Assembly (NCBI RefSeq): GCF_009914755.1
Contig: NC_060942.1
Reading direction: 5' to 3' (one strand)
Origin: the human T2T-CHM13v2.0 reference genome, Homo sapiens
DNA: 64,000 bases
The position numbers and the translations under genes are program-made. Positions 42,666 through 57,078 of the stretch are shown piece by piece; positions within the stretch are counted from its first letter, which is position 1; each line of letters starts with the position of its first letter. The notes below the pieces were generated by a model. The model saw only the letters and a program-made list of their open reading frames with translations. It searched no databases and was not told the origin of the DNA.

Positions 42666-44039
42666 CTGTATTGTACTCTTTAAATAGACATATGATAAGA
42701 ATATTTCATATATTTCATATCTATGTTTTCCCAATCTGACTCTAGTTTTGTATTAATATTGGTATTTACAACGTAATGACAACACTTATGTGTCTATCAC
42801 AGTTCTAATTACTTTATATGATTTAATGCTTATAATATATGTTATAAGTAGTGATATTATCTCCATACTACTGATAAGAAAAATGAAGCATATGATATTT
42901 AACTGTCTACCGTTAAATTGTCTACAAATTGCCTACATAGCTAATAATTACGCAAGTTGGGATTTAATCCCAGGCTACAAGTCTCCATAATGTATATCCT
43001 TAATCACTGTGACGCTCAGGTTCATAAATGGTCCTGCTTCTTTATAGTCGTCACTGTTTGACACATGGCTTAATCCATCCAGCCTGACAATCACCCGCTG
43101 CAGTGGTCTCAAATCTATGATTAGAATATCCTATTAAAGTAATGTGTAAAGGTAAACTTATTTCAGACAGCATTATTTAAATTACTAAACCTAATTTACT
43201 AATCACTAGTCTAAAATCATCTGTAAAATATTTTATTAACCTTTATAATAGCTATTTCCCTTAGGATATGACAAGCATCTCCAATCCCATTATGTATATT
43301 GTGAACTAAAGAACAGAAAACTTGAGCTATTGTCTATATTTTTAGAGACCAGGTGTTAAAGGAGGATTTAGAAGCAAATATTCTAAGTGACATCTCCATG
43401 ATTAGCTTGAAATCCTGCACTGCCTCCTGTACTTATCAAAAATGTTTCTAATACCCTAAGACTTTAGAACCTAGCATAGGATTTACTGATCTGCCTTTTC
43501 TAGTTCTAGTCCTGCAATAATTTTCTCTTTAACCATATTCTTCTTTAGTCACTTGGCGTTGTTTCCTTTTTTTGTTTCAGAGCCTTATAAAATTCCTTCC
43601 TTAGCAAAAAGACTTTTTTTCAACCTACCTTAACTCCCAAGCAAAGCTTTCCTTTTCAAGGTTTATTGTTGTTTCCCTGAGGGACACTATCTTTGAAGAC
43701 CTTTTCCAACTGCTTTGGTGTGTCTTTGAAGAAATCTTATATCTCAAACATTTTAAAGATCTACAGATTTTATATTTTGTTGGCAATGTATTATGTAATC
43801 CTCATACTGTATCTTAAATGGGAAAGATGCCAGCAGCACTGAACTTGCCAAAATAATACTGAAAGTTCCATTTTTCACATATCTCATTCTATTCTCTTTT
43901 TATTTTTTTCCTTACAGACACCTAAGGTAGAAGTGCAACAAGACTTATCAAATTTTTCCACAATTTTATCCAAAACCCAAGAAATATTTTCACGATGGAT
44001 GTGTGCAATCACACATCCATATTTATTATAAGGATTTGT

Positions 44040-44364
<325 letters not shown>

Positions 44365-45104
44365 TTATTCATTTATTCATTTGCAAACATTCTCCAGCAC
44401 CTAACCTACTATTTATTAGGTTTTTTGATAACAGTTAGGTATGAAATCTATGGTACCTTCTTTAAATCCATCATCTATTAAGAAAGATACCTATGTAAAA
44501 AGTAATTGAAATAATGTGCAATATGTTTTGAGTATGCAAGTAAAGGTGCAGATATAAGGATCAATTATATTTAGAAATGCAGGAATGGCTCATAAAATAT
44601 TTCAAAATAGTTCATAGTAAAACCAAGCCTTATCATAGACAGCTACCATAGCAGAGCCACAGAGATTAAAAATGAGTATGATACAGTTGAGAAGTTGCTA
44701 GTGAGTCAAAGGGTGGGATTAAGTTCAACAATGGAGCAAAGCACAAGACAAGAGCAGATCTTCAAGGGCTTTCTGTCTGATATAAAAATTTGGACTTTAA
44801 TTGGAAACCTAAGCAGGAATGAGTCATGATTTTTCTGGAATCACAAAAAATTCGAACAATGGAGTATGTGTTATCAAAGAATGCTTAGTATTTCACTTAG
44901 TCTAATAAAGTGATTAGTTCCAGTATCAGTATATCTAATTGAGTTTAAAATGACAAGCAACAGAGACCAGGTAAACTTGGAATGTCCAAAGGTTAATTGT
45001 CAAAATAATATAGATCTGTCTAGATTTAGAGTAAACAAATTAAGTGCACTAAACACAAGTGACCTTCTGAAAGATATTTTCTACAGGAGCCACCTGAATA
45101 CAAT

Positions 45105-45320
45105 AAAGAATTCATGGTCTTTAGAGTCAGAAAATCCTTGTTCTCATTCTGCCTCCATCAGTTAGTTGAGTATGACCATGGCAGATGACTTAGCTAATTG
45201 AGTCTTGGTCTGTTCATCTAATATTCTGAAGGAAAATAACTACACTATTGGTCTTCTTTTGTGGGTAAAATAATTGACATATATGAAGCACTTGTACATC
45301 GGGTGCTTAATAAAATTTCA
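45105..45320 (+). mobile_element. MIR fragment
   Basis: ctttagagtcagaaaatccttgttctc…tgaccatggcagatgactta…aagcacttg MIR core pattern. Confidence 0.6.
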
Positions 45321-46393
45321 CTTCATATTGTCTTCTTACAAAACTTGGATCATTTCCCTTTGTTTCACTGAGAGGATAGGAAAGGAAATATTACTACAGA
45401 GAAAAATTCCCTATAAATTTTTACTCATCCTAATAAAACCTTTCAATGATTCTCTATTGCATATACAGTGAGAACTGTTTCTGCTGCATTTCTTACATCA
45501 TTGCTTCAATATAGAAAATTATTACCCATTATTAAAGATGAAGCTCAGTTGTACCATAACCCAGGAAGGCATCCTTGATACCCAAGGCTGAAGAAAGCAT
45601 CCTCTTATTCCCCCATAGCACCTTCTGTCTCTACCATATCCCCTCATTGTGCTCAAAAACGTCTGTTTATGTGTACTTATTCTGCACAATAAGCTCTGTG
45701 TAGCACAAAAGTAGCAGTCTTTATTCTGTTCCCCAGAGAATTCTAAGTATGCAGTACAAGGTCTATCATTGTATAGGCTCCTTAAATACTCTTGAATAAA
45801 ACAGTATCTTTAACTCTTTAAAAAGGTAGAAATTTATAAAGAACAAATAACAGATTTATATATTTTTCATTGATAACCAATATTACATATTTTCAAGATA
45901 TAATTATTTTCATTCAGTTGTTTAATTTCCATGCTTTAAACTATGTTTAAAAGTCTATAAATGAAATTATTATTTCTCAGGACTTTTATGTCCAGCATTA
46001 TGGCAGACAAGATAGCCTGAAAACTCATTCTAGTAAGAAACACCTAAAATACTAAAATGCGTGTATGTGCGCGCTCGCGCACACACAAACACACACACAC
46101 CTATGCCTGTCTGGGAAAAAAGTAAGAAAATCCTAAGAAACTTGCCCATAAAAAAATATCTAAAACATGACTCCAGAGATGCATACATGCACTAAAGCTT
46201 ACATCTGCTTTAAATAATTCTCATGATCTTCTGTGGCTTAAAGCTTTCATTTCAATGGGGTAAAAACAAAGTCTAGCTAAGGATCCTCAACAGGATCCCT
46301 GCATGGGGTTAATAAGTCTGTCAGAAAGGGAATTAGAAAACAAGCAATCAAACAAACCCCAGGCACTTTAAAGATGGATAGCATGAAACCAGT

Positions 46394-46747
46394 TGCTAGA
46401 GTCTGAACGTTTGTGTTCCCTTAAAATTTATGTACTGAAACCTAATCTCAAATTCAGTGGTATTAAGAGGTGGGGTCTTTGGGAGGTAATTAAGTTATAA
46501 GGGGTCTATTCACAGGAATGGAATTAGTACCCTTATAAAAGAGGCTTTAAGGGGGTCTGTTGGCCCCTTGCTCTATGTGAGGACACATAGGAGGAATCAG
46601 CTATGATGAACTGGCCCTCACTAGATGCCAGATGTGCTACCACATTGATCTTGGGCTTCCCAGCCTCTAGAACTGTGAATAAACAAGTTATTTGATTTAT
46701 AAATGATCCGGTCTATTTTGTTATAGTAGCCAAAACAGATGAAGACA
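46394..46747 (+). mobile_element. MLT1A/MSTC-like MaLR solo LTR
   Basis: TGCTAGAGTCTGAACGTTTGTGTTCCC…cttcccagcctctagaactgtga…GAAGACA, about 355 bp. Confidence 0.85.
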
Positions 46748-47109
46748 CCTACATCTCAAATATGGTTCTGGGGTGTAGAGGCAGAGGTAACTGTTTGGGA
46801 GAGTCAATCTTATTTTCAAGTAGATTTTTCAGAGAAATAAACATGACCAGGATTTATAAAAGCAAATATACAAAACTTCAGTGTTATTGAGTAAATTTGG
46901 GAAGTAGTTATGGTTGTTTATGTAGTGATTTGTAAGATGAAGGTAAAGGCCACTTAGGCCTGTCTGAGAAGCTGTATAAGTAGATGTTTATTCTGGTTGC
47001 TGCATGAAGAATAGGTTAGAAGGGAACATGGGTAAAGATCACGAAGACACCACTAATGAGGTTCTTTGTAAATATGGTTCTGTACAGTTTGAATAACATT
47101 GAGTTTATG

Positions 47110-47287
47110 TGTTTTGTTTTATTTTGTTTTTTCAGAGACAGGGTCCTGCTTTGTTGCCCAGGCTAAAATGCAACGGCGCTATCATAATCATGGCTCACTG
47201 CAGCCTCAACCTCGTGGGTACAAAGTATCCTCCTGCCTCAGGCTCCTAAAGTTTTGGGATTACAGGTATGAGCCACTGTGCCCGGCT
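47110..47287 (-). mobile_element. FRAM/FAM or AluJ monomer
   Basis: gagacagggtcc…ggctcactgcagcctc…gggattacaggtatgagccactgtgcccggc. Confidence 0.85.
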
Positions 47288-49259
47288 GTCATTTCTAATG
47301 AGAGTGGAAGAACTGAAAAGAGTGAAACACATCAGAGAAAAATCTTAGTGGCATAAATGATAGTATTTGTTCACAGATTAAATGCACACATAGGAAGGAA
47401 GAAATAAAACCAGGATAAGTCCCAAATTTCTGGGAAGACCAATAAATCAGGCTCATACCATTGTTATAAATCACGTTTGGGTCAGCTGGAGGCTGGGAGT
47501 ATGGATGAGATCAAGATTTCAGTGGGAAGGTAAGTATATACGAATTTGAAGCTGCTGAAAATCCCAGCAAAGTTTTTATTGTGAATTAATTATTATTTTG
47601 TGGTTTTAAATAATACTTCCTGTTATCTTCTAGGGAATATACTCTTTCTTGTTGCTATTTACTTGTTTTTTAAAATTTTTTTATTCATTGCTGTCCTATA
47701 AATTGCAGATTTTTTTTTTTTATTTTTAAGCTTCCTTGAAAACTACTGCTGTGATTTTTATTAGATTAGCACTTAATTAAAATATTGATTTGTGGAGATT
47801 TTCCATCTTTGCCATACTGATCCCTTTCATCATAAACATATCCTTTCCTTTACTTAGGTTTTATTTTATATCTTTTAGTTATTTCTCCATAAATGACTTG
47901 CACACGTTTTTACTAATTTATTCATAAGAAATTTATTATTTTCATTTCTCTTATGAATACAAGTGTTACACTTCCTGTCTTACCTATCTGGTTATTGCTT
48001 TGGTTAGAAATATTAGCTATGTGTTTATCTTTTATTCACCAAACGTTCTAAATTATCTTACTGTTCTAATATTGTAGTACTCAGTAAGTTATTTTGGGTT
48101 TTTCAATTTTTCCATATGGGCTATCATATAATTAAATAATATCAGTTTCATTTCTACCTTCTGGTCTTTATCTCTGGTGACTTTGTGGTTATGTGTAACT
48201 TTACAGATGGTATTGCCTGGAAGACAGGATTCTGAAACCAGCACCAACTTTCCTTCTGCCTTCTCCTTGGTCAGTGTGGACAGACAATCGCTGGAGAGGT
48301 AAGATCAGGGTGTTTTCCCTCCACCACAATGGCAAGCCTATACCCAACCTGAACGTGTAGATGTATTTAATTCATTAGGCAGAACTCAAAGTTACCTCAA
48401 CCTGGCCGACCAATCACTCTCTGACCTTGTTTGTAACCCGAGTGAAAGCTCTTGACCAGAAATGAAGAAATGGAGTCACATTCATACCCAACCCTCTCTT
48501 GATATAACAGGAGTAGTGAATCCAGGCTTGAGAGAGATGGTAGATATCCAGGAAGTTACATGAACAGTTCCAAAGCAAAAGCACTGGCAAATACATGGAC
48601 ATAGGATAAAAGAGAGAGTTAAACATAGTGATATTGAAGCAAGTATAAGTTGACAAGAAAAACAAAACTGATGTACAGAAATGGAAGAAAGGGAACTACA
48701 GGTGATTAGATCAAAGCCATATCATAAAATATATGCTAGATTAGGCTGCATTAGAAAGTGAAGAACAACAATCTCATTTAATTCACAATAACAAACATAT
48801 TTTATTTGTATTTGTGGTGAAAGCCACCTCAAGTTAGTTTTATAAGCAGATTGTTATATATAATGACACTATTAGCGTAACATTACTAAACAATAAAGTC
48901 TCTACAGTGTTTTGTTTTTTTTTTTGTCTGAACCTAAATTTGACATGTTTTACTGCCCCTTAAAAGGTCCATGAGATGTTACAGAAATTGTAGAAGTGGT
49001 ATATAATATCTTCTCTTTAGATAGTAAACATAAACCACCAGCTCACAGGGTCAACGAAATCAGGATCCATAGTACTTATACATCAGGCAAGATTAATCAA
49101 TCTCTGCTCAGCTTCAAGTTACTAAAACACAGCTTGAAGATTAAGCATAAGGAACACAAGACGCTGCATGAGAAAAGGCTGGCTCAAATTAGAATGGATG
49201 TTTAGCCTTGTGAAATTTCCATGGACCAGGTGACAAGTGTGATAATTATTATACATATG

Positions 49260-52200
49260 ACTTATTTCTTAATAATTCAGTGGCATTTATTACATGAACA
49301 GTGTTTGCCATCACCACTCTATTTCCAAAACATTTTGGTCACCCCAAAAGAAAAGCGCTTACGGATTAAGTATTTAATCCCATTTCCCTCTCCTTGGCCC
49401 TGGCAGCTCCCTATCTACTTTCCATATGGACTTTATACTTTCTGCTAGATCTTTTGTATCTGGCTTCTTTCACTTAGCGTACCAACTTAAAGTTTTATCC
49501 ACCTTGTAGAGTGTATCTGTATGTTAATCATTTTTATCTCTGACTAGTATTCTATCATATACATATACCATATTTTGTTTATTCATTTGCTTGATGAGCA
49601 TTTGGGATGTTTTCACATTTTAGGTCTTGGGAATAGTGTTGCTATGAACAATTGTGTGCAAATATTTGTTTGATTACCACTTTTCAATTATTTGGGGTTT
49701 ATGCCTAGGCATGGTATTGCTAGGTCAGGAAATCAGAAAGTGCATCTTTCAATGTGGTTCTTCTTCTTCAATGTTATTTTGGCTATTTGTAGGCCTTCAC
49801 ATTTCAATGTGAATTATAGGATGGCTTTTCCATTTCTGCAAAATGGCTACTGGAATTTTCATATGCATAGCATTGACTTTATACATCATTTTGGGTAGTA
49901 TTGGCATTTTAACAATTATGTCTTCCAATTTTTGAATATGGTAGTCTTTCTGTTTATTCAGACCTTTAACTCTTTCCAATTAGTACACTAACGTTTCATC
50001 TGCTTGGTTAAATTAACTCCTGTGTAATTTAGTTTTTGATTTTATTGCAAATGGAATTGTTTTCTTAATTTCTATTTTGGATTGCTGGTGCATAGAAACA
50101 CAACTGATTTTTTGTGTATGTTTATCCTGTACCCTTCATATTTGCTGAACTTACTTATAAGCTCTAGTAGAGTTTTCTTTTGTGAATTCCTTGGGATTTT
50201 CTAAATATAGAATTATATCATCTTCGAGTAATAACAATTTCACGTCATTACTCTGGGTGGAACTTCTACCATAATTTTGAATAGCAGTGATGAAAACAGG
50301 CATCTTTGTCTTTTTCTTGCCTTAGGGGAACAGGAAATATACACTACATTAATTTATTTTCTTATTTTGAACCAACTCTGCATCCTTGAGAGAAAGCCCG
50401 CTTGGCCAGGGTGCAAAATAATTTTAGTATGCATTCAGGTTTGATTTGCTAAGATTTTATTGAGGATTTTTGCATCTATGTTCATAAGATTTACAAAGGA
50501 TATTAGTCTGTAACTTTTTTCTTTGCTGTCTTTATCTGGCTTTGGTATCATGGTAATGCCAGCCTAATAGAAAGAGTCAGGAGTATTCCCTCCTATTATA
50601 TTTTGTCTTTTTTTTTTTTGAAAGAGTTTGGGGAAAATTGGTGTTAATTTTTTTTAATGTTTGGTAAAATTAACCAGGAACCATCTCATCCTGGAATTTT
50701 GTTGTTATTTTGGGGGAGGTTTTTGATTATTTATTCAATCTTTTTACTTGTTACAGATCTGTTGAGATTGTCTACTCATTTTTGAGTCGATGTAGGTAAT
50801 TTGTGTGTTTCTATACATTTATCTATTTCACCTGTTACCTAATTTGTTGGCATACAATTGTTTATAGTATTCTATTATAATCCTTTTTACTTCTGTAAGG
50901 CTGGTAGTAATGTTCCCAATTTTATTTGTCAATAACAATGATTTTCTTTGTATCATAACTTTTTGTCTGACAGTCTATTTTGTCTGATATTAGTGTTGCT
51001 ATTCAAGCTCCCTTTTGTTACTATGTACATGCAATATATTTTTCCATAATTTCACTTTCAAACTATTTGTGTCTTTGAATCTGAAATAAGTCTTTTACAG
51101 ACAGCATATAGTTGGAATATATATTTTTGTTCTATGCTGCCGATTTGTATCTTTTAACTGAATAGTCAAATCCACTTACATCTAAAATAACTTCTAATAA
51201 ATAACACATTTCTGCAGTTTTACTGTTTGTTTTCTGTATGTTTTATACCTAATGTCCCTCATTTCTTTCATTCCTTCATCTTTAATTGATATTTAGTATA
51301 ACATTTTGATTTCCTTTTGGTTTTCTATTTTGTATATTTATTAGATATTTTCTTAGGAACTACCATGGAAATTCCTAAACATTTTATTATTAATATCTTA
51401 CATGTATAACAATCTAATTTGAATTGATACGAACTGAGACTCAACAGCATACAAAAAGTCTACTCTTGTAGAGATCCAGTCCACCACTATGTTGTTACTC
51501 TCACAAATTATACCTTTATACGTTTCATGCCCATTAACATGGATTTATAATTTTTTATGCATTTGTCTTATACATCATATAAGAAACAAGAAGACTAGTT
51601 AAAAGCAAAAAAAAAAAAATCATGCTGGCTTTGTATTTAGCTTTGCAGTTTTCTTTATTAGAATTATTAATATTTAATATAACTTTGACTTACTGTCTAT
51701 AATCAATTCTACTATATGATATTGTCTACATTTTTCTTTCATTTTCAATAATAGTTTTGATGAATATCTTATTCTTTGTTGATAGTTTTCTTTTTGTTTC
51801 TTTCACCGCTTTGAACAAGTCATCCTACTTCATTATGGCCTCCATAATTTCTGATGGGCAATTGGTCCTTGATATTATTGAAGGTCATTTGTATATGATG
51901 AGTACTTCTTTCTTGCTGCTTTCAAGATTTTCTCATTGTCTGAATTTAAATAATTTGATTATAATGTGTCTCAGTGTAGGTCTCTGTTTTTATCCCTCTT
52001 GAATTTGATTGAGTTTTTTGAATGCGTAGATTCATATCTTTATGAAATTTGGAGAGTTTTCAGCCATTATTGTTTTCAAATATTCCTTCTGTTCCTTTCT
52101 TTCTTTCTTCTCCTGCTGGGACTCCTATTTTATATATATATATTAGTATACTTGGTGGTGTTCCATAGGCTTCTTAGGCTCTGTTAATTTTTCTTTATCT

Positions 52201-53735
52201 TTTACGTTTTTCTTTCTGCTCCTCAGACTAAATAACTTCAATGAACTAATCTTCAAGTGACCCTTTCTTTTGCCTGCTCAAATTTGCAGTTGAAAATCTT
52301 TAGTGAGTTATTTAGTTTTTCAGTTATTATACTTCTCAGATCCAGAATTTCTATTTGGTTTCTTTTTAAAATTCCCGTCTCTATTGGTATTCTCTATTTG
52401 ATTATTCATTTTTCTCCAGGTTTCCTTAGCTCTTTGTCCATAGTGTCCACTACCTCTTTGAGTATATATCAGGCAGTTAACTTAAAGCTTTTGCCTAGTA
52501 AGCCCAATATCTGTGCTCCCTATGAAACAGTCTGTTAATTTCTTCCATAAATAGGCTATATCCTCTTGTTTCTTTGTATGCTAATTTTTGATAGGAAACT
52601 GGACATTTTGAATACTATAATGTGGGAATTGAAATTCAGATTTTTCTCTTCCTAAAGGTTTTTTTTTTTTTTCGGTTGTTACTGTTTGTTTGTTTGTTCC
52701 TTACTGTGGGCTGTAGCTATTTGTTTAGTAACTTTTAGAAACAATTTTTATAATATCCATATTCTTTATTATTTGTAGTCTCTGCAGTCTCTGTATCCCA
52801 GCTAATGTTCAGTTAGCGTTTTCACATAAATTTCCTTAAATGGAAAAAAGGAGGAGAAAAAAGAGAGAGAAGGAGGAGAAAGACAAGGAGGAAAAAGAGG
52901 AGAAAAGAAAAAAGTCATAAAGGCCAATAAAAAATTCCCAGCCTTTGCAAATTTGCCTTTGAATTTTAATAGTTTGTTTTGGGGCACTCTACTAATGCTT
53001 AGGCCATTTACAATTTTGTGTTCATCTTCATATTCTCCTTGCACTAACCTAGAGATAGACCAGAGGTTAAAACTTAGAGTCTTCTTAGTTCTTATCTCGG
53101 CATATGTTCCCCTTTCTAAACTCCTCTGTATACATAGGTACTTCTAAACTCCTCTGTATACATAGGTACTTCTAAATATCCCAATTTCTCAAAGAGACTC
53201 TTTCCCCAGATTTTCCTCCCAAATTTTTCAGTGAATCTATTGTTTGCCTCAACCAAAATATTTTGCCCCATAAATCTATGGGTTATTCATTGACCTTACA
53301 GTGTTTTCAAGGAATGTTCACTGTTTTTTTTATCCTGAGTAAATTTCTAATTAGGGGAAATAAAGGCAAGTGCTCTACATGAGTTCTACAGGTAGCCCCC
53401 AGACAAATTCGAGCACATGCAATTCTTTGGGAACAAGGTCTGTACTGCTTCCTCTGCAATGAGGAACCAGGGTCCCACACTGGGAATGTGTTCCACAACA
53501 CACAGCCACAACACTGGGGAGTTTGGGGTAAAGAGCCAGTAAAAATGCTGTGAAGGTCTTGCACCTTTTTCAAGGTGCTTTTTCATAATCCAGTATTTGC
53601 TTAATTTCTATAAACCTTTGACTATTTTCCAGAGTTTGGACAAAGTTGATTCTGACAATTTTCCCTAAATTATTTGATGTTTTTGTGAGGGGATGTGCCT
53701 TTGAAGATACCCACTCTGCTGTTCTCACTAATCAC
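49260..53735 (-). mobile_element. Long degraded L1M (MC/MD/ME-like) with 3' UTR, ORF2, ORF1 and 5' pieces
   Basis: T-rich antisense L1 with recognisable ORF2 segments (…gtttgatttgctaagattttattgaggatttttgcatctatgttcataag…). Confidence 0.8.
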
Positions 53736-56666
53736 TGGCTCATAGACTTTTAAGTTCAGAGTTGAAATACTGAGTCAATATAGTGCCTTGTAGTATTTTA
53801 AATAATACATAGGTATTAACAAAATGACTTAATGGATACCAAGTCTGTTCTGATACATCAATAAAGTAGATGCCACATTATTTGAAAGGCCCTTTGCCAA
53901 AGTGGTTGGTTATATTATATACAAAATTTAAATGACTAGATAGAGAAAGCTTTCTATGAGTCTTTGTGAAGATGTGGCATGCCTCCTGCAGAGAAGTTTT
54001 CATGCATCATCACAAATGAGCATAAAAACATCCTAAGATTCAGGCAACATATTCTAAAAGCAAGAGGGCTGTGTTCAAAACATGCAGAGGACCAGGAGTG
54101 TTCAAACAGCAATTATCAACAAGATACTGTCAGATGAACAAAGAAATTGATGAAGAATAATCCCTAATCCTACCTCTAGTTTGCTCTTCCCCCAATATAC
54201 CCAGCTATTGAGAACCCAAGGGATACTTTACGTAAGTAATTATAATGTCTATTCTTCATAACTAAACTAATTGGCAGTAGTGTAAACTGAGGCTCAGAAA
54301 GACTAAGTAACTTGTCAGCAAGATGCAGATATTTAATGTAAGCATAGGTCAGATGACTGTAAAGTTACTCTTCTTTTCAACTACACTTCCAGGGACCTTT
54401 ACATTTTATAAGTGTATTCTTTCATCTTAACAAAACAACTTGGAAGAATAGCTCTGGTATCTTCTTGCAACTGGTGTTATCAAGCCAATTGCACGCATTC
54501 AGAAGGCTATATCACTCTGCTCCTGACTAATGGTCACTGTGGAAACTGTAACTATACTGTGATTCACACAGTTTGGCTTCATCCAAGCCCAGTGCCAGCA
54601 GGTCAGCTTCACTCTGTTAACTCCCGTGGGGTGAAGGTCATTACAGAACTCCGCCTTGGCTAAGCTTATGCACAGCTGATCATGGATGATGCTGCATAGT
54701 TGTTCTATAGTCATCACTCACTGACAGATCTTCTAAGTTAGTGCCTTCAGTTCAGAATTTCTATTGCCACTGGAAATTTCCAATGATTCATGAAGACCAC
54801 GTTTTTTTCTGAATTTCAGAAATGGTATCATTTTTCACTTACCTCTCATTGTTGGGATTAGTAAGGAATGAACTCACAGAAATACTTCAGAAACTTTCGG
54901 ATGACTTTGACCGTTGTAACAACTAAGTACAAAAGAAATATAGAAGTACAAATAAAGAATTTTCAATATTTATATATTTATCAGTCATTTAAATTTTAAG
55001 TTCCTCTTATTTATCAGGCCATATATGTCATATATTTTTGAATTATTCAATCCTATTTTTAAATAGCTTACTATTTGAACTATTAAGGTAGTGCTCCTCA
55101 CTCATGTAATACAATGTCTAGTATTTTAAAAAGGAATTATTGATGATGAAAAGGATTTGTCATATATAATCAGTAGTCAGTAGATGTTTCAAATGAATTA
55201 AAATATACTAGGAGGAGTTGGGAACTTTTTAGAAGTGACTTTCAAAATTTCATTTGGGAATTTTTTAAAAATAGCATTTTATGATACCACCATTAAGGAA
55301 AGGAAAGGTAGGTCAAGCCAGAGGAAGAGAGGGAGACTTCTTAAAATTTTAAATTCCATCAATAGACATCTGACTTAATATTACTGATATGATCTGACAG
55401 AATTACTAACCATATATTTTAATATGCTAGGTGTCTTAGAGTATGGGTCTTTTCTCACTTGCTTTCAGGTCTTATACAGGCCAAAGAGGAAGTTGGCTAA
55501 GCCAATAGGGTCTTCAGCTCCACTTTGCTAGGATAAACCCATGCACTTTTGGTAAGCAACTTGTATGCTTATTTAGAACTCAGGAATCCCAAAAATAGAG
55601 TGTGCGTGTTGCTTTAATTCTGATAAAGAAGTAATATCTGGGAAGAAGAAAGCAAGGACGAATGGTACCTACTGTCCTGTAGCTCATATTCTTAAGAGAA
55701 AACAAAATACCATTAAATCATGAAGGGTCCCTGTCCCCCAACAACACAAATCCATAGGCACACAAATACACGTATGCCTTACTCACCGACCTGCAGTGTG
55801 CAAAAAGAAGGTTATATACAAAGAGCAACCTAAAGTCTACTTTCAAAGTCAGCCACTTTTTATTCAAATAAATTAGACCAAAATCTCATGTTTTAATGTA
55901 TCTAGAAGTCATCTGGAAGTATCCAGGCTTTCAGGCTTTATCTCCGTAAGCTTTTCCTTATCTGAGATGCGCCATAGGAATCTGCACTTTCTGTCAACAG
56001 AGATAATCAGATCATCATGGTGAATGCTGTTCGATAATGGTATTTTAATAAACAAAAAATTAAAGTTCTTAAAAACCCTTTCAATATGATCACCTCTGAC
56101 TTTTCATGTTGTTTCTTGCCAAGCATGTGTTATCATACATGGAGGTATGTTTCTGGATTGGAGCCTGGGGGTTGATTGAAGTGATTGTTCGGTGGGAAAT
56201 GATTTCACAGCCTATGTGCCAGGCATTCAGGGGAAATGGGCTAGCCTTGACACTCATGTGAGAACCAGGAGAGAAGCACACACTGCGGATTGTTCTGGTG
56301 ATGAGTAGAATATATCTCACTCCTCTTCACAAGTTTGTTTGGGCTGAGTGGCTTAAACTCCCACGGAGTTCCTCTACATTGGCCATTGATAAACATGCAG
56401 TAATTTAGGAGGTAATTTCAAGACATTGAGTCATAGTTTTAAGTAAGACATTTCTGTTCTTCAGCTAACACTAGAGAATAGCATGCTTATGTGGATTTAT
56501 TTAACAAAAAGTGCACTGCTTGTACTCCAAGCAAAAGCAGTTCTGAGCCAATGTTTCCTATATCAAGCATATGTGATGTCTTGTGAGATGAGAACTTTGT
56601 GTCCAACTGGGATGTTTTAAATTATCCCAAAGTGTCTAAGTTTATTTCTATGTAATATTTCAGTTA

Positions 56667-56750
56667 ATATATATATATACACACACATACATATATGTAT
56701 ATATAACAGGTAATCTCATGATATATATATATATATATATATGTATATAT
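56667..56750. repeat. (TA)n/(CA)n low-complexity repeats
   Basis: Two imperfect TA-rich runs. Confidence 0.85.
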
Positions 56751-56771
56751 TTCATAGTATGGATAGGTTAA

Positions 56772-57078
<307 letters not shown>

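Noticed and set aside
46058-46101. Alternating purine-pyrimidine (Z-DNA-prone) stretch
   Set aside because: Short, interrupted CA/CG microsatellite of a very common kind.
55778-55800. Minus-strand splice donor (TCG|GTGAGT)
   Set aside because: No convincing matching acceptor or partner exons found.
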